This document shows, one piece after another, positions 27,759-37,544 of a stretch of 64,000 nucleotides of DNA. Location of the stretch: assembly GCA_014896485.1 (NCBI GenBank), contig JADBKH010000002.1, positions 11,327-75,326 on the forward strand, read 5' to 3'. Within the stretch, counting starts at the first letter, position 1, and every line of letters starts with the position of its first letter. This DNA is from Bacillota bacterium. GTDB lineage: Bacteria > Bacillota > Bacilli > Bu12. The notes under the pieces were generated by a model. The model searched no databases, was not told where the DNA came from, and saw nothing but the letters and a program-made list of their open reading frames with translations. The position numbers and the translations under genes are program-made.

Positions 27759-28955
27759 CTATCCCTTTTCTTCAGATGCTGAGACCCAATGCCGCGTCTC
27801 CTGCCCCGCTGAATGGGTGCTTAGGACAATGGGGATGATGAAGGACAACAGCACCAAAGAAAGCAGGGTGCCACTGGCCATCGCCCACCACGTACCAAAT
27901 CCATCTGCCAAAAAGCCCATGATCAGCGGCAGCAAAAGGGCACCGATGCCCCCTACGCCAACGAGACTTCCGGTTACGGTTCCCGAGAATTTCCCGATCT
28001 CTGTGTTGACCAGTGCCTGCATGGTTGGAAAGATAGCGCTGCTGGCGTAGCCCAACAGGCCGAAACAGACCAATGCCCCCAAAGGGTTTGCCAAAAATAG
28101 CAATCCGACCGCACAGACAAAGAACCCCGTTGTCGTTGCAAACAACCAACGCTTTTCCAAGTGAGGATGCAGTAAAAGACCGGCTGCCAGTCTACCGAGT
28201 GACTGCGCCATCCAAAACACAGAGATGGCCGCTGTAGCGATTGCTGGCGAACTGTTTCGACTCTCCTGCAGAAAAGTCGCCCCCCAACCGGTAAAGCCGG
28301 TCTCTAGGCCGACATACAGGAAGAAGGCGACAGCGTAGCGCAGGTAGATCGGGCTGGTCAGCAGCTGTTGGAGACTACGCAGGGAGACTTGCGTGGTCTC
28401 CTTAGAAACCCGATCGGCCTGCTGAACTGGAAAGAGCCCAGCAAACGCAAAAGCCAGCAGTGCTGCAATGGCAAACCCAAAGCGTAGCCACAAGGTCTCC
28501 GTGACCACTGGGCTGAACAGCCAGGGCCCGCACAAGGCACCCACGCCAAAAAAGACGTTCATCAAGCTCAACCAGCGAGCCCGATGTCCCCCTGCAGCGT
28601 CGGAGATCACCGCAGCGGTCAACCCATCGATGGTGGCAAAACCCATTCCATAGAGGAAGAGGGCCACTCGCACGATCCACAATGACGGCGCCCCAGCGAA
28701 AACGGCCAACCCCACGCCCAACAGCACTCCGGCGAAACGCAACACGCGGCCCTTGCCAAAGCGGTCACCCAGTACCCCGCCCACAAAGACACCAAGGATA
28801 TCTCCGGCAGCGAAAAAGCTGAAGAGGGCCCCGGCGTTGGTATGGTTCAGCCCAAAGCGTGCACTCAGCCCGGGTAGCGCCGGGCCGAGCAAACTGTTGA
28901 CCAAGCCGATCACAACAAAGCCAAAACAGGCTGTTGTCAATAGATGACGGTTCAC
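27759..28955 (-). CDS. MFS transporter
   Basis: 12-TM profile. Motif A-like [15 protein letters not shown] start follows GGAGG. Confidence 0.8.
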   Translation of the reverse strand: MNRHLLTTACFGFVVIGLVNSLLGPALPGLSARFGLNHTNAGALFSFFAAGDILGVFVGGVLGDRFGKGRVLRFAGVLLGVGLAVFAGAPSLWIVRVALFLYGMGFATIDGLTAAVISDAAGGHRARWLSLMNVFFGVGALCGPWLFSPVVTETLWLRFGFAIAALLAFAFAGLFPVQQADRVSKETTQVSLRSLQQLLTSPIYLRYAVAFFLYVGLETGFTGWGATFLQESRNSSPAIATAAISVFWMAQSLGRLAAGLLLHPHLEKRWLFATTTGFFVCAVGLLFLANPLGALVCFGLLGYASSAIFPTMQALVNTEIGKFSGTVTGSLVGVGGIGALLLPLIMGFLADGFGTWWAMASGTLLSLVLLSFIIPIVLSTHSAGQETRHWVSASEEKG

Positions 28956-28989
28956 CTACGATTCCTCCGCCATTGAGGGTAGCACGTCT

Positions 28990-30376
28990 TTAGCGTTGAT
29001 CTCCAATCTCTGTCGGAATCTGGCGTACCTCTCCGTAATCGTGCCCCTCCCGGCGGCCCAAAACGATGGAGACCCCATAGAGAAGTGTGCCGACCGCCGC
29101 CCACGCAAGCAACAGCCACCAAACCTGGGCCACCGTCTTGTAACACATCCACCCCATCGTCCCCGCCGCGATGACTGCCGCTGCAATCAAAATGGCCGGA
29201 TGTGGACGCAATCGCGCGGAGTGGTAGAGCGTGGGATTGACAAACGGCAACAAGGCCAACGTGATCGTATGCACGATATACAGCAGCATCATGGCGACCA
29301 ATGCGGCATTTAACATGAATAGAAAACTCTGGGTCCACAGCAGCACCAACCCGATGAAAAGCCCTGTAATCAGTGCGATATCCGGTGTATGAAAACGCGG
29401 CTGGATATGCGCAAGCACTTTGGGCCCCACCCGATCTTCTGCAAAGGTCATCAACATCCGCGCCGGAGCAAGCATATTTCCGGCTACCGAGGTGACGAAA
29501 GCAAAGAGGAAGCCGACCGTTACCAGCAAGCTGGCAGATGCCGGCAGATACTGGCGGACCACCATCACCATCGGAGCAGAGGCATTGGCCAGCTGTGCTG
29601 TCGGCACGTTGCCGACGGCCACCAGCGCCATCAGTCCATAGATGATTACGGCAGAGCCTACGCCGATGAGAAAGATGCGGGGCAGTGTTTTCTCCGGCTC
29701 GGTCGTCTCTCCTGCTTGCTGCGCCAAGGCTTCAAACCCCAAGTAAGAGAAGAAAAGGTTAAACACCGAGAAAAACCTGGGCTCGTGTGGAAACGGATGA
29801 AATGTGCAACAAATGGAAAGGCCCGGGATGAAAAACCGCAATGGAGAGCAAGAGCAGCCCGGTCATGCCCGTCTGCACCCAGCCGTAAACGCGCACGCCA
29901 ATGAAGTGGATCACGAAAAAGAGCAGCAAGATGCCGGTTGCTGACCACAGTGGGGAAATCGAAGGCAAGAGGGTCGCAAGATATTGCCCAAATGAAAGAG
30001 CGATGGCATTGGTCGAGCAGATATAGGCCGCCCACTGCAACCACATCACCAAAAAGCCCGGATAATAGTGGCCAAAAGTTCGGCTAATGTGCAGGTACGC
30101 ACCCCCCGGGCGCTGACCCAATGGCGTGCTGGTGAAAACCGCATACCCCAGTGCAGAGGCGAGGATAACCGGCAACAACGCCACATAGGCAAGGGGAGCC
30201 GATGGCCCGGTCCCCTTTGCGGCAAGAGCCATCACCGTAAAAATGCCAGAGCCGATCATCACACCCAGCAACGTGCTGTATCCTTGCAGCCAACCCAAGG
30301 TGCGAACGAGAAGTCGACTCCCCTCCGCAGACTGTACCAGTTGTGCGCCTCCCGCCGTGGTTGACCCATCTCTCAC
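28990..30376 (-). pseudogene. APC-family amino-acid permease split by a frameshift at a T5/A5 homopolymer
   Basis: The N-terminal half (29759..30376) and C-terminal half (28990..29841) are both APC-like. The frames meet at ...LSIAVF / FIPGLS..., within GGTTTTTCATCC (about 29829-29835). Confidence 0.7.
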
Positions 30377-30440
30377 GCTCGCGTAACTCCTCTCTTCTCT
30401 GTTTTTTGCTCATTTCTCTAATATTTTAGCAAACACACAG

Positions 30441-30475
30441 AAAGCCGCGCAAGCCACGTGCGCTTGTGCGGCTTC
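30441..30475 (-). terminator. Intrinsic terminator downstream of the cupin gene
   Basis: 13-bp stem, GAAGCCGCACAAGC/GCTTGCGCGGCTT with one wobble, followed by TTTCTGTGTGTTT on the minus strand. Confidence 0.6.
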
Positions 30476-30517
30476 ACTCAATACGATGCGCTCAGCCACC
30501 TGTCACAAAGCTCTGGA

Positions 30518-30949
30518 TTACGTCGGCCAGCTCAACGGGGTATCGAGGTGGACCCCATCACTGCCCGTCCACGTCTTCAGCCCATCTTGCTGGGCTTGAA
30601 CGCAGAGATAGTAAAGAGGTTGTGAACCGGTATTGCGCAGTGCCCGTGCGCCTTCCGGCGCGACACGGACGGCCGTCCCTTCCATCACCTCGATCACTTC
30701 GCCATCGACCTGCATTTGGCCCTGCCCCTTGAGGAATAGGTAGAGCTCCTCGTTGTTGGTGTGCTTGTGTAAGTAAGGAGAAGCGCTGCCTGGGGCCATT
30801 TTGTTGAGGGAGACCTCCATGCCCGTCAATTTGAGTGCATCTTTAATGAAGACTTTGGCATATTTGTTCTGTTGATCCAATGCTTCAAAAGGGCCGAAAT
30901 TGGCTGCAGTGAAGTGCGTTCCCTCTTTGGTTACAGCTGAAGCTGCCAT
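30518..30949 (-). CDS. Cupin-domain protein
   Basis: Cupin motifs HKHTNNEELYLFLKG and GTAVRVAPEGARALRN. ATG at 30949 follows GGAGGTGGAGG. Confidence 0.75.
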   Translation of the reverse strand: MAASAVTKEGTHFTAANFGPFEALDQQNKYAKVFIKDALKLTGMEVSLNKMAPGSASPYLHKHTNNEELYLFLKGQGQMQVDGEVIEVMEGTAVRVAPEGARALRNTGSQPLYYLCVQAQQDGLKTWTGSDGVHLDTPLSWPT

Positions 30950-31034
30950 ATTCCTCCACCTCCACGCTTCATTTTGATGGGTACCCATCCAGCTTGTCAA
31001 TACGCTGGGTCAAACGTGATAAACTGGAAACACT

Positions 31035-34000
31035 ATGGGGCTTGCGAGTGAAACGTGGATTGCTCAAGGATACCAACCTACTGCGGTGCAACAGGATGCC
31101 TGGCGAGCAATCGCTTCCCATCAACATACGCTTGTTGTCTCTCCCACCGGAACGGGTAAGACGTTGGCTGCCCTGATGCCGGTGCTCGATGCCTGGATGA
31201 AAGAAGGTTTCACCGCCAATCCCAAAGGCGTCTACCTGCTGTGGGTGACCCCGCTGCGTGCGCTCAACAACGATCTGGCCACACACCTCCACGAGTGGAT
31301 CGAGCGGATCGGTACCCCCTGGACAACACAGGGCCGTCCTTTACCTCGTGTCGGCATGCGCACGGGGGATACCCCAGCTGCCATACGTCGCAAGATGCAG
31401 CAAGATCCGCCAGAGATCTTACTGACCACGCCCGAATCGCTCTACCTGTTGCTCACCGCTGCTTCTGGCCGACAGATGTTGCGCACAACGCGTTTCGTTG
31501 TCGTTGACGAACTCCATCAATTGTTGCCTGACAAACGTGGTGCCCACATGACCCTCAGCCTCGAGCGTCTCGAGGCACTCGCAACGTATACACCGGTGCG
31601 GATCGGTCTCTCTGCCACCCTTGCTGATCCGTCACAGGCAGCCTACTTTCTGGGCGGTCAGGATCCATCAGGTCAACCGCGGCCGGTCACTCTCGTCGCT
31701 CCCGTGCAGCGCAAGCACTACCGGCTCTCTGTCCACCTGCCTGATCCTGCAGAAGACCAGCCCTTGCCCAAGGCGGACAACGGCCACAAGCAAGCAGACC
31801 AACGCCTCTACGAATGTATTGCCGCAACCTTGACCCCCTGGATACGCCACCAGCAGCGGACCCTGATCTTTGTACGCAACCGCCGACTGACCGAGCGACT
31901 CTCCCAACAGATCAACCGTGTTGCAGGCACCTCCCTTTGCGTGCCGCACCACGGCAGCCTTTCCAAAGAGGTTCGACAACATGCCGAACAAACCTTTGCA
32001 GCCGGTCAACGCCCAGCGCTGATCGCCACAGCGTCGATGGAGCTGGGCATCGACATCCCCGCGATCGATTCCGTCATCCATTTCGAATCTCCCTGGAGCG
32101 TCACTGCCGCGCTGCAGCGCTTCGGCCGTGCCGGGCACAGCTTGGGGGATACAAGTCAAGGACGTATCCTCGTCAAACACCCGGCCGAGTTGGTCGAGGC
32201 ACTGGCTGTCGCCCAATTGGCCACAGCACAGCAAATGGAGTCGGTCCACTGGACACAAAACGCCTTGGACGTGCTGGCACAACAGATCATCGCCGCAGTG
32301 GTCGCAGCGGAAGAACCCGTTGATCCGGACTGCCTCTACACGCTGTTGCGTCAAGCAGCACCCTATGCGCACTTGCCCAAAGCGACGTATCTACGGCTTT
32401 TGGCCATGCTGTTGGGCCATTTTCCCTTCGCACCGGCCCGGCTTCTTGAAACGCCCGGGACACACCGGCTGGAAGCTGCACCAGGGGCGCGGCTTGCTGC
32501 CTTGATCGGCGGCGGTGCCATCTTTCATGACGAAGAGATCCCCGTCTTCCACGACCGCTACCATGTTCCCATCGGGACGGTCCAAGAGCAGTTCGTTTTG
32601 GAGTCAAACCTGGGGGACAGCTTTGTCTTGGGCAACCAAGCTTGGCGGATTACAGCAATCGCATCAGACGGTCTCTATGTCGTCGAAGCAGGAGGCAGTG
32701 GCGGCCGCTTTCCCTTCTGGTATGCGGACGGACCCGGACGTAGCCTATTGATCGGCCAACGTGTCGGCCGACTCTGGCGCCTGCTGGAGAGCCGTTGGCA
32801 ACGTCATGGCAAGCAGGGATGCCTCCGACTGCTCAAGCGTCGCTTCGGCCTCGCCAATCGCGACGCCCAGGCTTTGGTCGACGAAATCAGCCAGCGCATC
32901 GACCAACAAGGTGTTCTGGCTACCGATCGGCGCATCTTGGTGGAGTGCTATCGCGACATTGCCGGTGCACAGCGTCTGCTTTTGCACTCCTCGTTTGGAC
33001 TGCGCTTCAACCGCACCTGGGCAACAGCCCTGCGGGCGGCTTTTGAGGCACGGTGTGGCCAAACCGTTGAATACTACGTGCAGGATGACGGAGTGCTCTT
33101 CGTCTTCCCAGAGTGGCAGCCGGCATATCTGGAGGCGGTTGGAGATGTCGATGCCCAGCGTTTGATGACTTGGTTGCAGCAGGGGATCGCCCGGACCCCG
33201 GCAATCGGCTGGCACTTTCGCGAGGCGGCAACCCTAGCTTTGATCCTCCCCGTCGCAGACCGGCGCCGCCATACGCCGATCTGGCTGCGCCAATGGCGTG
33301 CCCAGCAGCTCTTCGAAGAAGCCTCAACCGACCCCACTTTTCCATTGATCGAAGAGTCTTGGCGAAGCACGCTGGACCAGCAGTTTGACGTACCGGCCGT
33401 AGTCTCCCTTTTGCAGCGTATCGCCAGCGGACAAGCGAAGATTACTTTCATTCACCCCACAAAACCATCCGCATTGGCCCGCCAATTTGAATACAGCTAC
33501 ACAATGGCCCGCGCTTATGGGGACGATACCCCGACACTTTTTACACAGGAAGCGCTGCGGCGGCAAGCGGCCCAGCTCCAGTCGGCAGGAGAGAGGGAGG
33601 TGCACATCGATCCGGCCGTTCAAAAAGGTTTCGAGCATCCCCTCGTCCAGACCCCCGCCCAGCTTTGGCGGCTACTCAAAACGCGGGGCGAGCATCCGAT
33701 CACGGCACTCTCAGGGTATCGCCGTTTTTTGACTGATCTCGAGCACCAGGGCCGCATCACACGCATTCGACGTGGCGGGAGGGTATGGGTACTGTGCAGC
33801 GATGAGGCGCAAACTTTCCTCCGCTTGCCGCAGAGCACGGCCGATGATCCGGCTGCTTATCATCTTGCCCGGCGCTTTGTCTCGGCAACGCTTTCTCCGA
33901 CCCCCCAAGCGCTCGCCGAACGCCTCGGCTGGTCCTTTCAGCAGACAGAAGTGCTGTGGTCCCGCCTGGTTAAAGAAAAGCTCTTATTCCAGCAAGGAGA

Positions 34001-35342
34001 CGGCAGCTGGATCAGCGTACCGCTGCAGAATCGTCTGGTGCGCCTCTCCCGGGCACGTGCACTGCCCAGCCTGCAGCTTTCTGTGGGTGACGTCAACCGA
34101 CAACTGTGGCAGCGCCAATACGTCGGCGCCATACGCGGGTCCAACCCGCCCTCTGTCGAAACGGTACTCCGACGCTTCCAGGGACTTTTTCTTCCATGGA
34201 CCCTGTGGATGAATCAACTCTTGCCAGCACGTATAGGCCCTGTTACCGCAGAGCAAATCGATCGCCTCTGTCTGCAGGGCCAGTTGCACTGGGTGGCCCG
34301 CCGGCGGACGTCTCGCACCCCCTTGGAGGTTGCTTTCTTTTTCCGCGACCAGCCAGAGCTGCTTTGGCCTTACGCTCCCACCTCTCCCTCCGAAGGACAG
34401 AACCCCCTGATTGCAGTCCTCCAGCACAAAGGTGCCTGCTTTATGGCGGAACTAACAGAAGCGCTGGATAGCTCAGAAAGTGAGACACGTGCTGCCATCG
34501 CTGCAGCTGTAGAAGCGGGACAGATCGCCAACGACCAGTTCTCCGCACTGGCTGCCCTCGAGCCTTCCAAACCACACGGTGCAAGAAGATCCCGCTCGTC
34601 GTCATCCGCTTCACGCCGGAAGATCGTCGGTCAGTCGGTCAGCGTCGGAAGATGGTATGCATTGCCTCACCCCCAGGCGCTGCATACCTCACGAGAGGCC
34701 TCCCTATTGGGCTGGGCGAAGCTGTTGCTCGATCGTTACGGGATCGTGACGCGTCCTTTGGTCGAAGCTGAAGAAGCTCCCTTTTCGTGGCGCGCATTGT
34801 CAGCGGCTTTTCGTGCCCTGGAAGAAAGCCAAGGCGTCGTGCGCGGCTTTTTCATCGAAGGGATGGGTGAGCTACAGTATGCGCTCCCGTCAGCGCTTCA
34901 ACCGCACGATCGAACCGCCGATCGTCGCACCCGCAGCGCTCCTTCTTTGGATGAACCGCTTCTGCTCTCAGCCAAAGACCCGGCGGCATGGACCGCAGCT
35001 TTGGAAAGCGCCCAAGGACGTGCTTTTGCCATGTTGCCGAGGCGCAGCGAAAATGCCGTGGGCTTTTGGCATGCAGAAGCGGTGCTCGCTGCCCAAAGCT
35101 ACGGACATGCCCTCTCCGTGCCCACAACACTGCCCGATGCCGTCTGGACAGCGCTACTGCGTCAGCTGTTCACCTTCGCCCAGCAGGCCGGCCACAGAAA
35201 GCTGCGCATCGCCACGATCAATGGCCAGAAAGCCGTTGCCACACCTTACCGAGCCTGGTTGACCTCCTTCGGTTTTGAATCCGAAGAAGGCGCGATGGTG
35301 CTATGGCCCAGTCACGCTCAAGTACTCTTTGTCAATGGATAG
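31035..35342 (+). CDS. lhr: Lhr-type large ATP-dependent DEAH-box helicase (1435 aa)
   Basis: Motifs I SPTGTGKT, II VVDELH, III SAT and VI QRFGRAGH. These are followed by the Lhr-specific WH/domain 4 and a ~600-aa C-terminal extension. Confidence 0.9.
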   Translation: MGLASETWIAQGYQPTAVQQDAWRAIASHQHTLVVSPTGTGKTLAALMPVLDAWMKEGFTANPKGVYLLWVTPLRALNNDLATHLHEWIERIGTPWTTQGRPLPRVGMRTGDTPAAIRRKMQQDPPEILLTTPESLYLLLTAASGRQMLRTTRFVVVDELHQLLPDKRGAHMTLSLERLEALATYTPVRIGLSATLADPSQAAYFLGGQDPSGQPRPVTLVAPVQRKHYRLSVHLPDPAEDQPLPKADNGHKQADQRLYECIAATLTPWIRHQQRTLIFVRNRRLTERLSQQINRVAGTSLCVPHHGSLSKEVRQHAEQTFAAGQRPALIATASMELGIDIPAIDSVIHFESPWSVTAALQRFGRAGHSLGDTSQGRILVKHPAELVEALAVAQLATAQQMESVHWTQNALDVLAQQIIAAVVAAEEPVDPDCLYTLLRQAAPYAHLPKATYLRLLAMLLGHFPFAPARLLETPGTHRLEAAPGARLAALIGGGAIFHDEEIPVFHDRYHVPIGTVQEQFVLESNLGDSFVLGNQAWRITAIASDGLYVVEAGGSGGRFPFWYADGPGRSLLIGQRVGRLWRLLESRWQRHGKQGCLRLLKRRFGLANRDAQALVDEISQRIDQQGVLATDRRILVECYRDIAGAQRLLLHSSFGLRFNRTWATALRAAFEARCGQTVEYYVQDDGVLFVFPEWQPAYLEAVGDVDAQRLMTWLQQGIARTPAIGWHFREAATLALILPVADRRRHTPIWLRQWRAQQLFEEASTDPTFPLIEESWRSTLDQQFDVPAVVSLLQRIASGQAKITFIHPTKPSALARQFEYSYTMARAYGDDTPTLFTQEALRRQAAQLQSAGEREVHIDPAVQKGFEHPLVQTPAQLWRLLKTRGEHPITALSGYRRFLTDLEHQGRITRIRRGGRVWVLCSDEAQTFLRLPQSTADDPAAYHLARRFVSATLSPTPQALAERLGWSFQQTEVLWSRLVKEKLLFQQGDGSWISVPLQNRLVRLSRARALPSLQLSVGDVNRQLWQRQYVGAIRGSNPPSVETVLRRFQGLFLPWTLWMNQLLPARIGPVTAEQIDRLCLQGQLHWVARRRTSRTPLEVAFFFRDQPELLWPYAPTSPSEGQNPLIAVLQHKGACFMAELTEALDSSESETRAAIAAAVEAGQIANDQFSALAALEPSKPHGARRSRSSSSASRRKIVGQSVSVGRWYALPHPQALHTSREASLLGWAKLLLDRYGIVTRPLVEAEEAPFSWRALSAAFRALEESQGVVRGFFIEGMGELQYALPSALQPHDRTADRRTRSAPSLDEPLLLSAKDPAAWTAALESAQGRAFAMLPRRSENAVGFWHAEAVLAAQSYGHALSVPTTLPDAVWTALLRQLFTFAQQAGHRKLRIATINGQKAVATPYRAWLTSFGFESEEGAMVLWPSHAQVLFVNG

Positions 35343-36046
35343 CCGCAGGCAGCACGTGTAGCTTCGTCGAGCAGACGCGCTTCGCTCTCTCGCCGCTGTT
35401 GCACGGTGATCCCCAACTTTGCCCATACCTCTGCTGGCCCCGGCACGCGATCGTGGGCCGGCGTCTGCTCCAATAGATGGCCCAGGGCAGCACCACCATC
35501 GCCCACTCCTGAGACGCCGAAGGCCACATGGCGCAGTTCTTCTTCCTTCAGCTTTATCAAGACACCCTGCAAGGAGGTGTTCTCAAACCGCTTGGCCAAC
35601 AGGTCATAGCACACCCCTCGCCCCATCGCCTCTGCAGTGAGCAGTGCCGCTGCCTGCACCTCTTCCTCAGGCAAGACGAGCGGTTGCGCCTGCCAGAAAA
35701 CGTCGGCACGCCCGTCTCCTGCCGGCGATGCAGCTGAAAGCAGCCGCCAAAGCACTTCAACATGCCGCGCTTCGTCGAGCATCATCGAAGCCAAAAAGAG
35801 CTCTGGTGTGGGTTTACCCGCTTGCAAAAACCGAGGCAGCAGGGTTGCAACCTGGAGAACGCTCCCTTGCTCAGCACAAAGTAAAGGAGAGAGCACATCG
35901 ACGATGAGCCGCTGGGTTGAACCATCTACACCCGTAAAAGGGGCCTCACCGATCAAAGTGATGCTCTTCCATTGATTTGCAATTGCGTCTTGGTAAAGCT
36001 GCAGTGCAGGATCATCGTCGGCAATCACTGGATTCAGTCGGATCAT
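35318..36046 (-). CDS. Ferritin-like di-iron-carboxylate protein of unknown function
   Basis: Two E-x-x-H motifs about 100 aa apart (LDEARH, EEELRH) in a predicted helical protein. The 3' end overlaps the lhr 3' end by 25 nt. Confidence 0.55.
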   Translation of the reverse strand: MIRLNPVIADDDPALQLYQDAIANQWKSITLIGEAPFTGVDGSTQRLIVDVLSPLLCAEQGSVLQVATLLPRFLQAGKPTPELFLASMMLDEARHVEVLWRLLSAASPAGDGRADVFWQAQPLVLPEEEVQAAALLTAEAMGRGVCYDLLAKRFENTSLQGVLIKLKEEELRHVAFGVSGVGDGGAALGHLLEQTPAHDRVPGPAEVWAKLGITVQQRRESEARLLDEATRAACGYPLTKST

Positions 36047-36165
36047 CGGTCATCTCCCCAAAGGTTCTCTCCCTTTGGAGTACCACCACAAGGTCCGTGA
36101 GACCATAGCCGTTTCTGCCCATTCTCAAAGGTCCGAAAGATCCCAACCGTAGGGGTCGAGTGGTG

Positions 36166-36750
36166 TCAGCGCGGTTGAGCGAGCAGACAATAATGCTCGA
36201 ACGCCTGCTGCTGCTGGATGAACCATTGAAAACCGGTCGCTTCCAGCAGGACCGTCACCTGCTCGAGATCCAAACGCTCTGAAAGCGGAGGGCCAAGGCT
36301 ACCACTGCCCTGAGGCGAAAATTCTGCAATGAGCAGCTTTCCATCTGGCCGCAAGCGTTCACGGACGTTTCGTAAGAATTGCTCAGGGTGATCGAGATGA
36401 TGCAACACATCGGTGATCGTGACAATATCGGCTAAAGGCACCTCCTGCAGCGGCTGCTGGGCATCTTTTGCAACGATCTGTACATTGTGGATTCCTTCTT
36501 CTTCCAAGGTGCGCCGGAGGTAGGCAACGGCTTTTGGAGAAGCTTCGACCGCGTAGACCCACCCATCCGGCGCTACGCGCCGGGCGTAAAGCCTCACAAA
36601 CCACCCCGGACCCGAACCGATATCGACAACCGTCTGTCCACCGCGCATATGGGTCAACCCCATCCAACTTTCTGCCAATGCTGTGCGCTCGCGCTGATGG
36701 CGCTCCATTTTAGACCAGTCGGCATCGGCAAAATCCTCTCGATGTGACAT
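36166..36750 (-). CDS. Class I SAM-dependent methyltransferase
   Basis: Motif I VVDIGSGPGWF, post-I AVEASP, motif II-like ITDVLHH. Confidence 0.8.
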   Translation of the reverse strand: MSHREDFADADWSKMERHQRERTALAESWMGLTHMRGGQTVVDIGSGPGWFVRLYARRVAPDGWVYAVEASPKAVAYLRRTLEEEGIHNVQIVAKDAQQPLQEVPLADIVTITDVLHHLDHPEQFLRNVRERLRPDGKLLIAEFSPQGSGSLGPPLSERLDLEQVTVLLEATGFQWFIQQQQAFEHYCLLAQPR

Positions 36751-36794
36751 ACAACCCTCTTTCCGCTTGTGGAATGTGATCTACAATAAAGCAC

Positions 36795-37544
36795 ATGAGA
36801 GAACCGTGGCATTCCGATCGTCAGGAAGGAACGTATAGGCTCGTCCCGCCTTCTTTTTATAACCGCCCAGCCCTTGAGTTGGCCCCCTGCTTGCTCGGAA
36901 GCTTGTTGGTTCATGAGACAACGGAGGGCATCACAGCAGGCATTGTCGTCGAAACGGAAGCTTACGCCGGGCCAGAAGACCGTGCAGCCCACTCTTTCGC
37001 CGACCGTCGCAGTGAACGCACCGCCATCATGTACGACACTCCAGGAAAAGCCTATATCTTTGCCATCTACGGCATGTATTGGTGTTGCAATGTCGTGGCT
37101 GGTCCGGGAAGAAAGCCCGAAGCTGTGCTCATCCGAGCGCTACAACCCACCGAAGGTATCGATTTGATGCGGGCACGCCGCTCCCATCGCGCACAGCTCC
37201 ACAGCATTGCCACAAAACCCCCTGAAGAAAGTGCTTCTTCTCCTTTGGCGAAAACCCGAACACTTTCCGATCAGCAGCTCACCTCCGGACCCGGGCGGCT
37301 TTGCCAGGCGATGGGCATCGATCAGCAGTGCTATGGGCTTGCCTTCTTTGATCCTGCTTCTCCTCTGCATCTCTATGCCCCTCAAGAGTCCCTTTCTTCA
37401 GCTGCGATTGCAACCGGTCCGCGCATTGGCATCGCCTATGCCGGAGCGTGGGCCACGAAGCCCTGGCGTTTCTGGATCAAGGGAAATCCTTACGTCAGTG
37501 CCAGTAAGGCGCCTGCGTCAAAACTTGGGCACCTGTCTCCGTGA
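36795..37544 (+). CDS. mpg: DNA-3-methyladenine glycosylase (Mpg/AAG family) with a ~35-aa internal insertion
   Basis: LLG..LV, GIVVETEAYAGPEDRAAHS, GKAYIFAIYGMYWCCNVV, AVLIRALQP, GPGRLCQAMGI, PWRFWIKGNPYVS. Confidence 0.88.
   Translation: MREPWHSDRQEGTYRLVPPSFYNRPALELAPCLLGSLLVHETTEGITAGIVVETEAYAGPEDRAAHSFADRRSERTAIMYDTPGKAYIFAIYGMYWCCNVVAGPGRKPEAVLIRALQPTEGIDLMRARRSHRAQLHSIATKPPEESASSPLAKTRTLSDQQLTSGPGRLCQAMGIDQQCYGLAFFDPASPLHLYAPQESLSSAAIATGPRIGIAYAGAWATKPWRFWIKGNPYVSASKAPASKLGHLSP

Noticed and set aside
14489-30376. Programmed ribosomal frameshifting or stop-codon readthrough as the explanation for the split M20, ABC-F and APC genes
   Set aside because: I saw no slippery heptamer with a downstream structure. 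The M20 gene has three unrelated lesions and the NSAR gene has a large deletion. Mutation or assembly error is the simpler explanation.
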